DNA of 64,000 bases from Clostridia bacterium (GCA_045651685.1 JAZRSV010000027.1:22888-86887); one strand, 5' to 3'. Counted from the stretch's first letter, positions 18,232-29,816 are shown. Notes: generated by a model from the letters alone, not told the origin. Program-made: numbers and translations.

Positions 18232-19401
18232 ATGAAAAAAAATATTGTAGTTTTGTTTGGTGGCAAAAGTGTCGAGCATGACATTTCTGTTATAACTGCT
18301 ATGCAAACTATAAACAATCTGGACAAACAAAAATATACCATCTACCCAGTTTTTATAGACAAACAGGGTGGATGGTTTTTTAGTGAAAAATTTTTTGATA
18401 TCAAGGGTATAATAAACTTTGATCCAAACTCAAAAGCTGCATGCAAAGTTTGTATGCTGTGTGGTGACAATTCGCTTTATTTTGTAGTCAAAAATAAGCT
18501 CAAAAAACAAGCAACTATTGACTGTATAATTTGTGCTACCCATGGTGGTTTGGGCGAAAATGGTGCATTACAAGGCTTTTTAGAACTTGTTGGTGTGCCT
18601 TATACTGGTTGCGATGTGTTATCTAGTGCTATTTGCATGAACAAACTTATAACAAAGCAACTACTAAAAAACAATAATATTGATGTGTGCAAATATGACT
18701 GCTTTAGCTCGTATCAAATAACTAATAATATATCAGAAGTTATAAGCAATATTGATAAGGCGTTTGATTATCCTATAGTGACAAAGCCTTGTAGTCAGGG
18801 CAGCAGTATTGGTATTAGTTATGTATCTAACAAGAGCCAGTTAAAAAAGGCATTGCAACTTGCTGCAGAGTTTGACCAAACTGTTTTGGTTGAAGAAGCC
18901 GTGCAAAATTTAGAAGAAATTAATGTGTCTGTATTTGAGGTTGATGGCAAGGTAGAAACTTCTGTATTAGAAAAGCCCAAGACTCAAAAGCACTTTTTAG
19001 ACTTTGACGAAAAGTACTTAAAAAACGCTTCGAGCAAAAAGTCTGGTATGTCTAGCCTTGCAAGAGAACTGCCAGCAAAGTTAGATGTAAACACTAAAAA
19101 TAAAATAATAGAAATGGCAACAAAAACTTATAAAGTATGTCATTGTAGTAGTGTAGTGCGAATAGACTTTTTGATTAACAAAAAAACAAACCAAGTATAT
19201 GTCAACGAGGTTAACACAATACCAGGTTCGTTAAGTTTTTATTTGTGGCAATACGATAGGTACAAGTTTAATAAGCTTTTAGACAAACTCTTACAACAAG
19301 CTATTGATGTTTTCAAAAACAAAAATAGCAAAAGTGTAGTTTATAACACAAAGGTGTTAGAAAATTTTTCTATCAATATGGCAGGTAATAAGTTAAAATA
19401 A
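18232..19401 (+). CDS. ddl: D-alanine--D-alanine ligase
   Basis: ORF track 18226; ATG at 18232 follows GAGGTG; N-terminus KKNIVVLFGGKSVEHDISV; ATP-grasp C-terminus NEVNTIPG. Confidence 0.9.
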   Translation: MKKNIVVLFGGKSVEHDISVITAMQTINNLDKQKYTIYPVFIDKQGGWFFSEKFFDIKGIINFDPNSKAACKVCMLCGDNSLYFVVKNKLKKQATIDCIICATHGGLGENGALQGFLELVGVPYTGCDVLSSAICMNKLITKQLLKNNNIDVCKYDCFSSYQITNNISEVISNIDKAFDYPIVTKPCSQGSSIGISYVSNKSQLKKALQLAAEFDQTVLVEEAVQNLEEINVSVFEVDGKVETSVLEKPKTQKHFLDFDEKYLKNASSKKSGMSSLARELPAKLDVNTKNKIIEMATKTYKVCHCSSVVRIDFLINKKTNQVYVNEVNTIPGSLSFYLWQYDRYKFNKLLDKLLQQAIDVFKNKNSKSVVYNTKVLENFSINMAGNKLK

Positions 19402-19404
19402 TTG

Positions 19405-19722
19405 TTATATAGATAGTTTGTTTATTATGCTGTTTACAATGTCGTCATTGTGGCCAAAACTCATAATTTTTATACTGTTTATAATAAACTCTTTTTCTTG
19501 TGGGGTAAAGTATGTGGTTGATAGTTTGTAGTTTTTGTCTATACCTATGCCACCATTTTTGCCAACATATGTGATAGTAGGCACTCCAGCTGTTTCGATA
19601 TCATTAAGATATCTATATACAGTGCGGGTGCTTATTTCATATTTTTGCGCAAGGTCGCTAGCTTTTATTCTGTCTTTTTTGAGCAGTTCTAGCACGATTG
19701 ATAATATAAGATAATTTTTCAT
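19405..19722 (-). CDS. HTH-domain transcriptional regulator (short, DeoR/WYL N-terminal-like)
   Basis: ORF track 19405-19797; likely start MKNYLILSIVLELL at 19722; HTH segment SDLAQKYEISTRTVYRYLNDI. Confidence 0.6.
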   Translation of the reverse strand: MKNYLILSIVLELLKKDRIKASDLAQKYEISTRTVYRYLNDIETAGVPTITYVGKNGGIGIDKNYKLSTTYFTPQEKEFIINSIKIMSFGHNDDIVNSIINKLSI

Positions 19723-19885
19723 ACATGCATTATATAACAAAAATTTTACTTTGTCAAACAAATGTTCGATAAATCGCAGCTGGCAATAAAACCGCAAAAA
19801 AAGTATAAAATAATAAATAGTTATATTTTACATTTAGTTTTTTTAATGTTATACTGATTTTGTATAATAAGGAAGTGTTTAATTT

Positions 19886-22276
19886 ATGGCAAAAAATACA
19901 AATGTGTTAAAATTCAAAAAACCAGCAAGTTTGTGGGGCGCAATGTGGCGCGAAGGCTTGCCAACGGGTAATGGTACTGTTGGTTGCTCTGTGTATGGTG
20001 GCGCTGGTCATGATACAATTGTTATTAACCATAACGATTTGTGGTGGCAAGGACACACTGGTGTTTTGCCAGATGTTTCTGATAAGATAAAAAATACAAA
20101 AACAGCTCTTAACGGTGGCCACTTTGTAGAGGCAGAGCAAACTTTGTCAAAAGCTCTTATGGTAAAATCTTATCGTCCACAATTATCACATCCATTGCCT
20201 TTGTGTGACTTGCAAGTGACTATGCCTATCGAAAAAGGTGTAAAAGAATATAGCCGCAGTATCAATATGGATAATGGCGAAGTATGTGTTTCATTTAAGG
20301 ACAAAAATACAAGATTTGACCGTGATTTGTTTGTATCTAGAGTTAATGATACTATCTGTTATCAAATAACCAAGTCTGGTCAAAAGACTATTGACTGTAA
20401 GTTTAAGTTTGTTTTGCATGACAAATTTTTTAATAGATCTCCAAATGGTATAACTCAAGTTAATGAAGATGCAGAGTTTAGAGCAGAAAAAGGTTATATG
20501 TACTTTGCATGTCGTAGCGATGTAGGTACTGACTATGGTGCCGTAGCTCGTGTTATGACTGTAGGTGGTTCTGTAGTTTATGATGACGAAGAAGGTATCA
20601 TCGTCACTGGTGCAGACAAAGTTATGCTTTTTGCAAAAGTCTTTATCGAAAGTCAAAAAGAAAAAGAATTTGACAACATAAAGAGCGAACTAAATTTAAT
20701 AAAGCTTACTTACGAAAAGATGCTAAAAGAGCATGCACAACAACATTCAAAATTGTTTGGTGCTGTAGACTTTAGCCTAAACTGCGATGGTGGTGAATAT
20801 GTCGAAGATCTTATCGAAAAGACATATAATGGCGAATTGCCACCTGCCTTGGTAGAAAAATTGTATGCATATGGCAGATATCTGTTTGTATGTTCTACAT
20901 CTCAAGATGGTCAACCTTGCAACCCATATGGTTTGTTTAATGGCGACTACAAAGCGGTAGATTCTACCCGCAACAATTATTTTCAAACTCAACGCTTGTA
21001 TAACTTTGCATACGATGGTGGTTTGACACAAATGGTGTTGCCACTTCTTATGAATTTTTATAACAATATGGACGATTATAAAAAGAATGCAACTCGTCTA
21101 TACAACTGTAAGGGTATATATGTACCATCATTGCAAGCACCAGGTTCTGGTTTGCTTGGTAGTGTACAACCTGGCGTTATTCTTAACTTTAATGTAGCAA
21201 GTTTTGTTAGCCAAATGTTTTATGATTATTATTTGCATACTGATGATGCAAAATTCTTAAAAGATTATGCTATCGAATTTATACAAGAAACAGCAAACTT
21301 CTACGAAGATTTGTTTAAGATCAATAAGACTAGTCAATATCTAGAGTCACCTTTGGGTTATTCTGCATACAATACTCCAAAAAATTATCTTGGTAAAAAT
21401 CGTGACCCATTGTGTATCGCTTCTAACTGTACAGTAGACTTTGCTTGTGCAAAACAAGTATTTTCTATCTTGGTAGAGCTAGGTAAAACAGCTGGCCTTG
21501 ATGATGACGAAATAGCAAAATGGCAAGAGCTTCTTGATAAAGTGCCAGATGTTGCAGTTGATGAAGAAGGCCTTATCAAAGAATATAACTCTAGTGCATT
21601 TATCACCAACAACAATGCGCCATATATACCTCACTTGTATCCATACTGTGTAGGTAAGTTGCCTTGCAAAAATTCTAGAGAATATAGCAAGCTTGTAGCA
21701 ACTACAGCTCGCGCAAGATATAATAATGCTCGTGGTTTGTTTACTGCAGCTAACTTAACAAACATAGCTGTAGCTCTTGCAACAGCAGGTGATAGCGCTG
21801 GAGCATATGAAGTATTAGAGACATTGGCTCAAAGCTTTATTTCTAACAATATGGTATTTTATAATACAGACCATAGAGGTATGGGTATTGGCGTTGATGA
21901 CAAGTGGGCAACATACTCTATTGACAAAAATACTGCCTTTAGTATGGTTGTTCAAAATATGTTTATCAACTCTAACAAAAAAGAAATATCATTATTCAAA
22001 AACTTGCCACTTGCTATCAAAAAAGGTTCTCTAACAGGTGTGACTTTGGCTGGTGGTGTAAAAGCTGATATCGATTTTAATAGAGCAAAAGGTGTTGCAA
22101 AATTAAAATTAAAAGCTGCAAAAAATACTCCTGTTTTGGTTAACTTGCCAGATGGTACAGTAAAAGTAAAAGGTATAGCTCCAACAGATATTAACGAAGA
22201 AAAAACACAACTTAACATCACTCTTGCTGGTGGCAAAACAACCTTGCTTACAGTAAAATGGCAAAACAAAATTTAA
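19886..22276 (+). CDS. large glycoside hydrolase, GH95 (alpha-L-fucosidase)-like
   Basis: 796 aa. The N-terminal pattern W..GLPTGNGTVG...NHNDLWWQG resembles the GH95 N-terminus. The family was assigned by eye only. Confidence 0.6.
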   Translation: MAKNTNVLKFKKPASLWGAMWREGLPTGNGTVGCSVYGGAGHDTIVINHNDLWWQGHTGVLPDVSDKIKNTKTALNGGHFVEAEQTLSKALMVKSYRPQLSHPLPLCDLQVTMPIEKGVKEYSRSINMDNGEVCVSFKDKNTRFDRDLFVSRVNDTICYQITKSGQKTIDCKFKFVLHDKFFNRSPNGITQVNEDAEFRAEKGYMYFACRSDVGTDYGAVARVMTVGGSVVYDDEEGIIVTGADKVMLFAKVFIESQKEKEFDNIKSELNLIKLTYEKMLKEHAQQHSKLFGAVDFSLNCDGGEYVEDLIEKTYNGELPPALVEKLYAYGRYLFVCSTSQDGQPCNPYGLFNGDYKAVDSTRNNYFQTQRLYNFAYDGGLTQMVLPLLMNFYNNMDDYKKNATRLYNCKGIYVPSLQAPGSGLLGSVQPGVILNFNVASFVSQMFYDYYLHTDDAKFLKDYAIEFIQETANFYEDLFKINKTSQYLESPLGYSAYNTPKNYLGKNRDPLCIASNCTVDFACAKQVFSILVELGKTAGLDDDEIAKWQELLDKVPDVAVDEEGLIKEYNSSAFITNNNAPYIPHLYPYCVGKLPCKNSREYSKLVATTARARYNNARGLFTAANLTNIAVALATAGDSAGAYEVLETLAQSFISNNMVFYNTDHRGMGIGVDDKWATYSIDKNTAFSMVVQNMFINSNKKEISLFKNLPLAIKKGSLTGVTLAGGVKADIDFNRAKGVAKLKLKAAKNTPVLVNLPDGTVKVKGIAPTDINEEKTQLNITLAGGKTTLLTVKWQNKI

Positions 22277-22281
22277 TAAAC

Positions 22282-22313
22282 AAAAAACAGCATTTTGTTA
22301 ATGCTGTTTTTTT
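22282..22313 (+). terminator. rho-independent terminator
   Basis: stem AACAGCAT / ATGCTGTT with 7-nt loop, then a T-run. Confidence 0.85.
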
Positions 22314-22332
22314 GTGCCTAAAAATATAATTG

Positions 22333-23373
22333 TTATAAAATAAATTTTTTTATATTGTCTAGTATCTTTTCGGTAGCGTTGCCAAAGTTTGCTTTGCTTA
22401 GGTTGGTTATTAACAAGTCTTTATATTTTTCTAACTGCTCAATTTCTTTTAGTAAAGTTTGGGTTGAGGCGTTTTCTTGATATAGTACACGGGCATAATT
22501 GTTTTTGGCAAACAAGTTGGCATTTTGTATTTGGTCTCCTCGAGATGCTGCTTTTGGTAGTGGTATAAGTAGCATTGGTTTTTTGAGTGCGGCAAATTCG
22601 AATATGGCATTAGAGCCGGCCCTAGAGACTACATAATCTGTTATTGCAAGCAAGTCTTGTATCTTGTCACAATATTCTATTTGACAATAGTTTTTGCAAG
22701 ATTGTTGTTTTAGTTTGCCTTTACCAACAATGTGTATAATATTATAATTTTTTGTAAGTTCTGGTAAGGCGTTATATACAATCTCGTTAAGGGCGCTTGC
22801 TCCGGTAGAGCCACCAACAACCATAATAACTGGCAGGTTGTTGTCAAAATTTGTCAATCTTTTGCCGCCGGCTATATCTCCACAAAAAAGCTCTTTTCTT
22901 ATAGGTGGCCCAGTAAAAACACATTTGCTTTTACCTTTTGCAGTTTGCTCAAAAGTGGTGCACATACAGTTGCAGTATCTATAAATGATCTTGTTTGCTA
23001 GGCCAAATGTAAGGTCAGACTCATGACTAACAATAGGTATTTTTAATTTTTTTGCAGCTATAACAACCGGTATAGAAACAAAGCCGCCTTTAGAAAAAAC
23101 TACATCTGGCTTGATAGTTTTTAACAACTTTTTGCATTGTTTTATGCTAGATAGTAGCTTAAAAGGTATTAGCAAATTTTTTAACTTTTTGCTTCGGTCT
23201 AGCTTTACTGCAGTGATTGTGTTAAAGGGTATATTGTGTTTTGTTATTATGTCTCGTTCGATACCGTTTGTGCCGATATATTCAATTTTATATTCTTGCA
23301 AATAAGGCAGCAGGGCAAGGTGTGGTATTACATGTCCACCTGTGCCTCCGCCTGTCAAAACTATGGTTTTCAT
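22333..23373 (-). CDS. murG: UDP-GlcNAc:undecaprenyl-PP-MurNAc-pentapeptide GlcNAc transferase
   Basis: 346 aa; N-terminal LTGGGTGGHVIP motif; GT28 C-terminal domain. Confidence 0.9.
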   Translation of the reverse strand: MKTIVLTGGGTGGHVIPHLALLPYLQEYKIEYIGTNGIERDIITKHNIPFNTITAVKLDRSKKLKNLLIPFKLLSSIKQCKKLLKTIKPDVVFSKGGFVSIPVVIAAKKLKIPIVSHESDLTFGLANKIIYRYCNCMCTTFEQTAKGKSKCVFTGPPIRKELFCGDIAGGKRLTNFDNNLPVIMVVGGSTGASALNEIVYNALPELTKNYNIIHIVGKGKLKQQSCKNYCQIEYCDKIQDLLAITDYVVSRAGSNAIFEFAALKKPMLLIPLPKAASRGDQIQNANLFAKNNYARVLYQENASTQTLLKEIEQLEKYKDLLITNLSKANFGNATEKILDNIKKFIL

Positions 23374-23551
23374 ACGATTATTTTATGCTTATTTTTGCTC
23401 TTTTATGTCAAAATTTATTAGTATAATTTTTTGCAATTTTATTATTATGCATAAAATGTATAAATATACATGATGTTGTATAGTTATACTATTTTTTTTA
23501 ATTTCAAAACATCTGGTGGGGCAAAATGTTAATTTTTATGCATAAAAATGT

Positions 23552-23580
23552 TTGGTCAAAAAAAGCTTTTGTGTTATAAT
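23552..23580 (+). promoter_or_regulatory. sigma-A-type promoter of the topoisomerase operon
   Basis: TTGGTC, 17-nt spacer, extended -10 TGtTATAAT, about 37 nt upstream of the ATG. Confidence 0.45.
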
Positions 23581-23616
23581 AATGTCAGATATTAAGTAAT
23601 ATTTTGGAGGCTTAAG

Positions 23617-25569
23617 ATGAGCGGTTCATATGATTCTAAAGATATTGTCGTACTAGAAGGTCTTGACGCTGTTAGACTTCGTCCTGGTATGTATATTGGT
23701 TCTACCGGTAGCAAAGGTGTGCATCATATTTTGTGGGAGATTGTTGACAATAGTATGGACGAAATTGCCAATGGTCACGGCAAAAAAATAACTGTCACTT
23801 TGCATGCTGATGGTAGTGCTACTGTCGAAGATGATGGCCGTGGTATACCTGTAAGCCCACATCCTACTCTTAAGATTTCTGGTGCAGAGGTTATTTTTAC
23901 CCAACTACATGCTGGTGGCAAATTTGATAGTTCTAACTATAGCTATTCGGGTGGTTTGCACGGTGTTGGTGCTTCTGTCACTAATGCTTTGAGCACATGG
24001 TTAAAGGCAACTATATATCGTGACAAAAAGATATATCAAATAGAGTTTGCTTCTGTCGAAGGTAAAGATGGTAAAGTAAAAGGTGGTGTCACTCAAAAAC
24101 CTCTTACTGTTGTTGGTGCTTGTCCTGCGACAAAAACTGGTACAACTGTTTCGTTTATGCCAGATAACAGAATTTTCTTAAACAACACTCTTAATGCTGA
24201 TGTTATCAAAAAGCGTTTGCGTGAGCTTGCTTTCTTAAACAAAGGTATCGAAATTGTTTTTGTTGACGAAAAAGAAAAATCTACTTTGTCATTTAAGTAT
24301 GATGGTGGTTTGAGAGATTTTGTTGATTATCTTAATGAGACAAAAACAGCAATTTATAAACCTGCTCTATATATCGAAGGCGAAAATGACACTGTCAAAT
24401 TAGGCCTTGCAATACAACATACCGATGGTTATACCGAAAGTGTATTTTCTTATGTTAACAATATCCCTACAAGTGAGGGCGGTACACACGAAGTTGGTTT
24501 TAAGACAGCTTTTACAAAGGTTATGAATGATGTTGCCCGCAAGATGGGTCTTATCAAAGAAAAAGAACAAAACTTAATGGGCGAAGACTTTAGAGAAGGC
24601 ATCACAGCATTGCTTGCAATCAAAATGCGCAATATACAGTTTGAAGGTCAAACAAAAACCAAACTAGGCAACCCAGAGATAAAAAGCAGTGTAGAAAGTG
24701 TAGTTTCTACAGAACTATACAAACTGTTTGAAAAGAAAGAAAATCAAAAAATAGCAGAAATTATTATTAACAAAGCAAAAGGTGCTGCAAGAGTAAGATT
24801 GGCAGCAAAAAAGGCAAAAGAACTAACTAGACAAAAAAATAGTATAGAGAGTTCTAACCTTATTGGTAAACTTGCTAGTTGTACCGGCAGAAAAGCAGAA
24901 CTTAACGAACTATTTATAGTTGAGGGTGATTCTGCGGGTGGTAGTGCAAAACAAGCAAGGGATAGATCTTATCAAGCAATACTACCATTGCGTGGTAAAC
25001 CACTTAATGCAGAAAAGAAAAGACTTGACCAAGTTTTGGCCAATGAAGAAATTAGAACAATTATAGCAGCACTTGGTACAGGTGTTGGTGAAGACTTTGA
25101 TATAGACAATCTAAAATATCACAAAGTTATTATCTTATCAGATGCTGACCAAGACGGTGCACATATTAGAGCAATTTTGTTAACATTCTTCTTTAGATAT
25201 ATGAAAGATTTGTTGTACAATGGCAATGTTTATGTAGGCTTGCCACCTTTGTACAAAGTTAGCAAAAAAGACAATGTAGAGTATGTATATTCTGATAAAG
25301 AATTGCCAGAAGCTATCGAGCGTGTTGGCAAAGGCTATACAATTCAAAGATACAAAGGTCTTGGTGAAATGAACCCAGAACAATTGTGGGAGACAACCAT
25401 GGACCCACAAAAGAGAACTTTGCTTCGTGTAGATATCGAAGATGCTGCACATGCAGAACTTATGATAACAACACTAATGGGTGACAATGTCGAGGCAAGA
25501 AAACAATACTTAAGCGAAAATGTAAACTTTAACAAAGAAGATTCTTTTTCGGCACTTACCGGAAAATAA
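23617..25569 (+). CDS. type IIA topoisomerase subunit B (ParE/GyrB)
   Basis: 650 aa; GHKL ATPase (LEGLDAVRLRPGMYIG, EIVDNSMDE); TOPRIM (LFIVEGDSAGGSAKQ, DADQDGAHI); cannot separate ParE from GyrB by eye. Confidence 0.9.
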   Translation: MSGSYDSKDIVVLEGLDAVRLRPGMYIGSTGSKGVHHILWEIVDNSMDEIANGHGKKITVTLHADGSATVEDDGRGIPVSPHPTLKISGAEVIFTQLHAGGKFDSSNYSYSGGLHGVGASVTNALSTWLKATIYRDKKIYQIEFASVEGKDGKVKGGVTQKPLTVVGACPATKTGTTVSFMPDNRIFLNNTLNADVIKKRLRELAFLNKGIEIVFVDEKEKSTLSFKYDGGLRDFVDYLNETKTAIYKPALYIEGENDTVKLGLAIQHTDGYTESVFSYVNNIPTSEGGTHEVGFKTAFTKVMNDVARKMGLIKEKEQNLMGEDFREGITALLAIKMRNIQFEGQTKTKLGNPEIKSSVESVVSTELYKLFEKKENQKIAEIIINKAKGAARVRLAAKKAKELTRQKNSIESSNLIGKLASCTGRKAELNELFIVEGDSAGGSAKQARDRSYQAILPLRGKPLNAEKKRLDQVLANEEIRTIIAALGTGVGEDFDIDNLKYHKVIILSDADQDGAHIRAILLTFFFRYMKDLLYNGNVYVGLPPLYKVSKKDNVEYVYSDKELPEAIERVGKGYTIQRYKGLGEMNPEQLWETTMDPQKRTLLRVDIEDAAHAELMITTLMGDNVEARKQYLSENVNFNKEDSFSALTGK

Positions 25570-25593
25570 TAAAATAAAAACTTTGAGGGCGTA

Positions 25594-28500
25594 ATGGACA
25601 AAGAAAAAAATGACATTATCGATCCACAAGACAATACCCCTATCGATGGACAAATCGGACTAGAAGATTTGTATTATCAAATAAGCCAACAATCGCCAGA
25701 AGAGGTTGTTGACAACTCACCAATAGAAGGGCAAATGTCTTTGGACGATATTAATGCACAACAAAATAACAAACAAGACAAAGTAGAGCAAGAGCTTGAC
25801 CCACTTGATGTTGACCCAAACAACTTTGGCGATGACTTTTTTAAGCAGTTTGAGCACAAAGAAGAGCCTACAGAAAGTGTATTGTTTGATCAAGTAAATA
25901 AGGTTGATAAGACCAAAAAGTGGCAAACAGACTGGTTAGACGACCAAAAACAAGCAGGTGACGAGTCGGTTGATCAAATTGTAGACAAAAATAGCATCTT
26001 GCCAGAACCAGAAATTGTACCAAAGCATTACGAAACTCCAGAAGAAATAGAACAACTAAAAGCAAACAAAAAAGTTTTTGAACAAACTTATGATTTGCAA
26101 GACTTGCAAGAAAGTTTGCACGATGTCGAAGAGATATCAGAACAACCTTTGCAAGAAGATAATACAGAGACAAAAGAGATTTATTCTCAACCAAAAATTA
26201 GTATAAAAAAACATAAAGGAAATACCACTGTGGACGAATACGAAAACAATGACCTACAACAAAATAGTATTCAAGAAGAACAAGTCTACGAACAACAACT
26301 TTTGCAAGAGGTAGAAGAATTGCCAGAAGCAGAAGAATCAGATGAGGCATTAGCTAGAAGTAGAACCAAAAAGACTCGCCAAAAAGGTGAAATACAAACC
26401 AACATGTTTGGCGATGGTGATGGTACAAGAGGTCTTCTTGTAAAAAATCTAGATGAAGTTTTGCATGAGTCTATGATCCCATACTCAGAGCATGTTATTT
26501 TGGATAGAGCTTTGCCTAGAGTAGAAGACGGTCTAAAACCAGTTCAGAGAAGAATTTTATATTCTATGTTAGAACTTGGTGTAACACCAGACAAACCTTA
26601 CAGAAAGTCAGCTCGTATTGTCGGTGACTGTATGGGTAAATATCACCCTCACGGTGATAGTTCTGTGTATGATGCAATGGTTCGTATGGCACAACCATAC
26701 AACATCAACGGAGTTCTTGTTGATGGCCACGGAAACTTTGGTAGTATAGACGGTGACAAAGCTGCGGCTATGAGATATACCGAGGCGAGACTTGCACCAC
26801 TTGCATTAGAGTTGTTAAGAGATTTAGAAAAAGACACTGTAAAATGGTCTTTTAACTTTGATGATACACTAAAAGAACCAGATGTATTGCCAGGTAGATT
26901 TCCTAACTTGTTGGTAAATGGATCTTCTGGTATAGCAGTAGGTCTTGCAACCAACATCCCACCACACAACTTGGCAGAGTGTATAGATGGTGTAGTAGCA
27001 TATATTGACAAACCATCAATAGCTCTAAAAGACATGATGAAGATAATTAAAGGTCCTGACTTTCCAACCGGCGGATATATTTTGCCAAATTCAGAATTAG
27101 AACAAGCATATACAACTGGTAAAGGCAGAGTCTTTATGCGTGCAAAGATGCACATAGAAGGCGCCGATACTGACAAACGCAGTATTGTAATAACCGAAGT
27201 GCCATATCAAGTTAACAAAGCGGCACTTTTACAAAAAATAGCAAGCTTAAGAGACGAAGGCAAAAATGTACTAAATGGCATTAGCGAAATACGCGACGAG
27301 TCAGACCGTAATGGTATAAGGGCTGTTATCAGAATCAAAAAAGATGCAAACCTAAAAGCAATTTTAGAATATTTATTAAAATACACAGACTTACAATGTA
27401 CCTTTGGTATAAATATGGTTGCTATCGCTGATGGCAAACCAAAACAATTATCTCTACTTGAGATTATTGATTATTATGTAAATTATCAAAGAGAAGTGGT
27501 CTTGCGCCGTAGCAAGTACGAACTAGAGCAAGCTAAAGAAAGAGAGCATATCTTAACTGGCCTTCTTATCGCCATCAAAAATATTGATGCTGTTATTAAG
27601 ATTATCAAAACTTCTCAAAACACAACTCAAGCAAAACAACGCTTGAGAGAAAAGTTTGACTTAAGCGAAAGACAAGCTCAAGCTATACTAGATATGAGAC
27701 TTGCAAGATTAACCAACCTAGAGGTTAACAAACTAGAGCAAGAGATAAAAGCATTAAAAGAACTTATCAAAAATCTGACTGCAATTGTAGGCTCTAAAAA
27801 GTTGCAATTAGAATTGGTTAAAAACGAAATTTTAGCTATCAAGAGACAATATAAGACAGAACGCAAAACTGTAATAATGAAAAGTAGCAGTGATGCTCTA
27901 GATATACCTGCCGATAATGACAAAAAGCAAGTTATGCAATGTTATGTCGCTTGCAACGCTATAGGCAATATCAAAGCTATCAATCGCAAATACTTTGCTT
28001 CTACACAAAGAGAGTTTAAGGAAAACTCTACTTTGAGTGAAGTACACGACATTATGGTAGAGTCAGATACCGAAAAGACAGTAATGATATTTACTGACCT
28101 TGGCAATTGTTATAGAGTGCCAGTAGCACAAATACCAGAAAGTCGCTTCAAAGACAAAGGACAACCTTTGCAAAGTGTTGTAAAAGGCTTCTTAAAAGAA
28201 GAAAAAGTAGTTGCAATAGTATCTATTGACGAAGAAATGCCAAAAGGCAACTTGTTGTTCTTAACAAAACAAGGTATGATCAAAAAGACAGATGCTAAAG
28301 AATATAATGTTTCTAAAGCAAACTTCCAAGCAATCAAACTAAAAGATGATGACAAAGTATTGTCAGTTGCATACGAAAGAAAAGATACATCATTAATGTT
28401 TGTCACAAAACTTGGTATGATACTAAACGCAGACAAATCAGATGTACCTACACAAGGTAGAATTTCTGGTGGTGTAAAGGGTATCAACCTAAATGATAAA

Positions 28501-28848
28501 GATTATTGTGTAGGCGCTTGTCAAATAACCGAAGAAGGCGAAGTTGTTGTTATGACTGATAGAGGTTATTGCAAGAGAGTTCTTGTTAGTCAAATAGAAA
28601 AGATGGCAAGATATCGTAAAGGTGTAAAAATATATACACTAACAGATAAAGAAGTTGGCCAATCAATAATATTTGCCGACTATGTGACAAAACCATATAC
28701 AATAGTTGCCAAAAACGATAAGGTAGATTATTTAAGCCGTGGTACAGACCTTATACCTATTGAGGCTCGTACAGGCAAAGGTAAACTTATCGAAAAAGCT
28801 CGCACAGCTCCACACATAGTATCTGCGTACAAATATTTGGCCGAATAA
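25594..28848 (+). CDS. type IIA topoisomerase subunit A, ParC-like, with ~270-aa acidic N-terminal extension
   Basis: 1084 aa. The conserved core begins near residue 285 ([46 protein letters not shown]). I could not find a GyrA-box (QRRGGKG) in the C-terminal domain. Confidence 0.9.
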   Translation: MDKEKNDIIDPQDNTPIDGQIGLEDLYYQISQQSPEEVVDNSPIEGQMSLDDINAQQNNKQDKVEQELDPLDVDPNNFGDDFFKQFEHKEEPTESVLFDQVNKVDKTKKWQTDWLDDQKQAGDESVDQIVDKNSILPEPEIVPKHYETPEEIEQLKANKKVFEQTYDLQDLQESLHDVEEISEQPLQEDNTETKEIYSQPKISIKKHKGNTTVDEYENNDLQQNSIQEEQVYEQQLLQEVEELPEAEESDEALARSRTKKTRQKGEIQTNMFGDGDGTRGLLVKNLDEVLHESMIPYSEHVILDRALPRVEDGLKPVQRRILYSMLELGVTPDKPYRKSARIVGDCMGKYHPHGDSSVYDAMVRMAQPYNINGVLVDGHGNFGSIDGDKAAAMRYTEARLAPLALELLRDLEKDTVKWSFNFDDTLKEPDVLPGRFPNLLVNGSSGIAVGLATNIPPHNLAECIDGVVAYIDKPSIALKDMMKIIKGPDFPTGGYILPNSELEQAYTTGKGRVFMRAKMHIEGADTDKRSIVITEVPYQVNKAALLQKIASLRDEGKNVLNGISEIRDESDRNGIRAVIRIKKDANLKAILEYLLKYTDLQCTFGINMVAIADGKPKQLSLLEIIDYYVNYQREVVLRRSKYELEQAKEREHILTGLLIAIKNIDAVIKIIKTSQNTTQAKQRLREKFDLSERQAQAILDMRLARLTNLEVNKLEQEIKALKELIKNLTAIVGSKKLQLELVKNEILAIKRQYKTERKTVIMKSSSDALDIPADNDKKQVMQCYVACNAIGNIKAINRKYFASTQREFKENSTLSEVHDIMVESDTEKTVMIFTDLGNCYRVPVAQIPESRFKDKGQPLQSVVKGFLKEEKVVAIVSIDEEMPKGNLLFLTKQGMIKKTDAKEYNVSKANFQAIKLKDDDKVLSVAYERKDTSLMFVTKLGMILNADKSDVPTQGRISGGVKGINLNDKDYCVGACQITEEGEVVVMTDRGYCKRVLVSQIEKMARYRKGVKIYTLTDKEVGQSIIFADYVTKPYTIVAKNDKVDYLSRGTDLIPIEARTGKGKLIEKARTAPHIVSAYKYLAE

Positions 28849-28859
28849 TATTAACAAAA

Positions 28860-28892
28860 ATAAGCACCCAAGTTAGGGTGTTTATTTTTTTT
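28860..28892 (+). terminator. rho-independent terminator after the topoisomerase operon
   Basis: stem around GCACCC / GGGTGT followed by TTTATTTTTTTT. Confidence 0.6.
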
Positions 28893-29031
28893 GCAGTTAT
28901 ATATTTTTTTTGCAGGCAATATAAATAAATATACAAAAATATTTGTTAGCTTTGACAAAATAGAACAAAAAAAATCAAAACAAGTCAAAGTCTATCTTGT
29001 ATATAAAGATATAATAAAAAGCGAGGAAAAG

Positions 29032-29802
29032 ATGCAATTTGTCGTTGTAAAATCAAAAAGCATAAAAATATTTTTATGCATGATCCTTACATTAGTTTTG
29101 TTGTCTGTTAATTTTGGAGGAGAAAAAGCACTTGCTCAAGTATACTTTAATAAAACATTCAAAAAAGTACCAATATACAATGTAGAGACCGATAAAAAAC
29201 AAGTAGCTATAAGTTTTGATGCGGCTTGGGGCGCAGACAAGACAGAAAAAATAATGGCAATACTAAAAGAATATAATTGCGATGCTACATTTTTTTTGGT
29301 TGGATTTTGGGTAGATAAATACCCAGAACTTACAAAAAAAATAGCAGAGCAAGGCTTTGAGATAGGTACACATAGCAACACTCATCCAGACCTAACCAAG
29401 AAGTCGTCAAACGAGATAAAACTAGAATTAGACACTTCGGTTAGTAAAATTATTAATATAACCAAAAAGCCTGTTAAGCTGTTTAGAGCGCCTTTTGGTG
29501 CATACGATAACAAAGTTTTGGATATGGCAGAAAGCTTAAATCTTACTACAATTCAGTGGGATGTTGATTCGCTTGATTGGCAGGGTATTTCGGCAGATCA
29601 AATATCAAAAAATATTTTGACAAAGGTAAAAAACGGATCTATTATTCTTTGTCATAACAACTCTGATCACATAGTAGAAGCTTTGCCTAGTGTATTAAAC
29701 TGTCTAAAAGATAGAGGGTATCAAGTGACATCTGTGTCAAATTTGATATACAAAGACAATTACATTATCAATTCTCAAGGGACACAAATTAGTCAAAATT
29801 AG
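29032..29802 (+). CDS. polysaccharide deacetylase (NodB homology domain), membrane-anchored or secreted
   Basis: ORF track 28891-29802; start moved to the ATG at 29032 after GAGGAAAAG; N-terminal hydrophobic segment; NodB motifs FDAAWG and HSNTHPDL. Confidence 0.85.
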   Translation: MQFVVVKSKSIKIFLCMILTLVLLSVNFGGEKALAQVYFNKTFKKVPIYNVETDKKQVAISFDAAWGADKTEKIMAILKEYNCDATFFLVGFWVDKYPELTKKIAEQGFEIGTHSNTHPDLTKKSSNEIKLELDTSVSKIINITKKPVKLFRAPFGAYDNKVLDMAESLNLTTIQWDVDSLDWQGISADQISKNILTKVKNGSIILCHNNSDHIVEALPSVLNCLKDRGYQVTSVSNLIYKDNYIINSQGTQISQN

Positions 29803-29816
29803 AGAGGTTAAATATT

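Noticed and set aside
23617-28848. Calling the topoisomerase pair gyrB-gyrA
   Set aside because: The A subunit has ParC-like features ([18 protein letters not shown]) and I could not find a GyrA-box. Gyrase cannot be excluded without a phylogeny, so neutral names were used.
28891-29031. 5' extensions of ORF-track calls (28891, 7785-8999, 9325, 14185, 19797, 45538, 47661, 52627, 53366, 56405, 57731, 61858)
   Set aside because: In each case an internal ATG with a proper Shine-Dalgarno gives the canonical family N-terminus. Several of the extensions also run through a promoter or terminator. The starts were trimmed accordingly.
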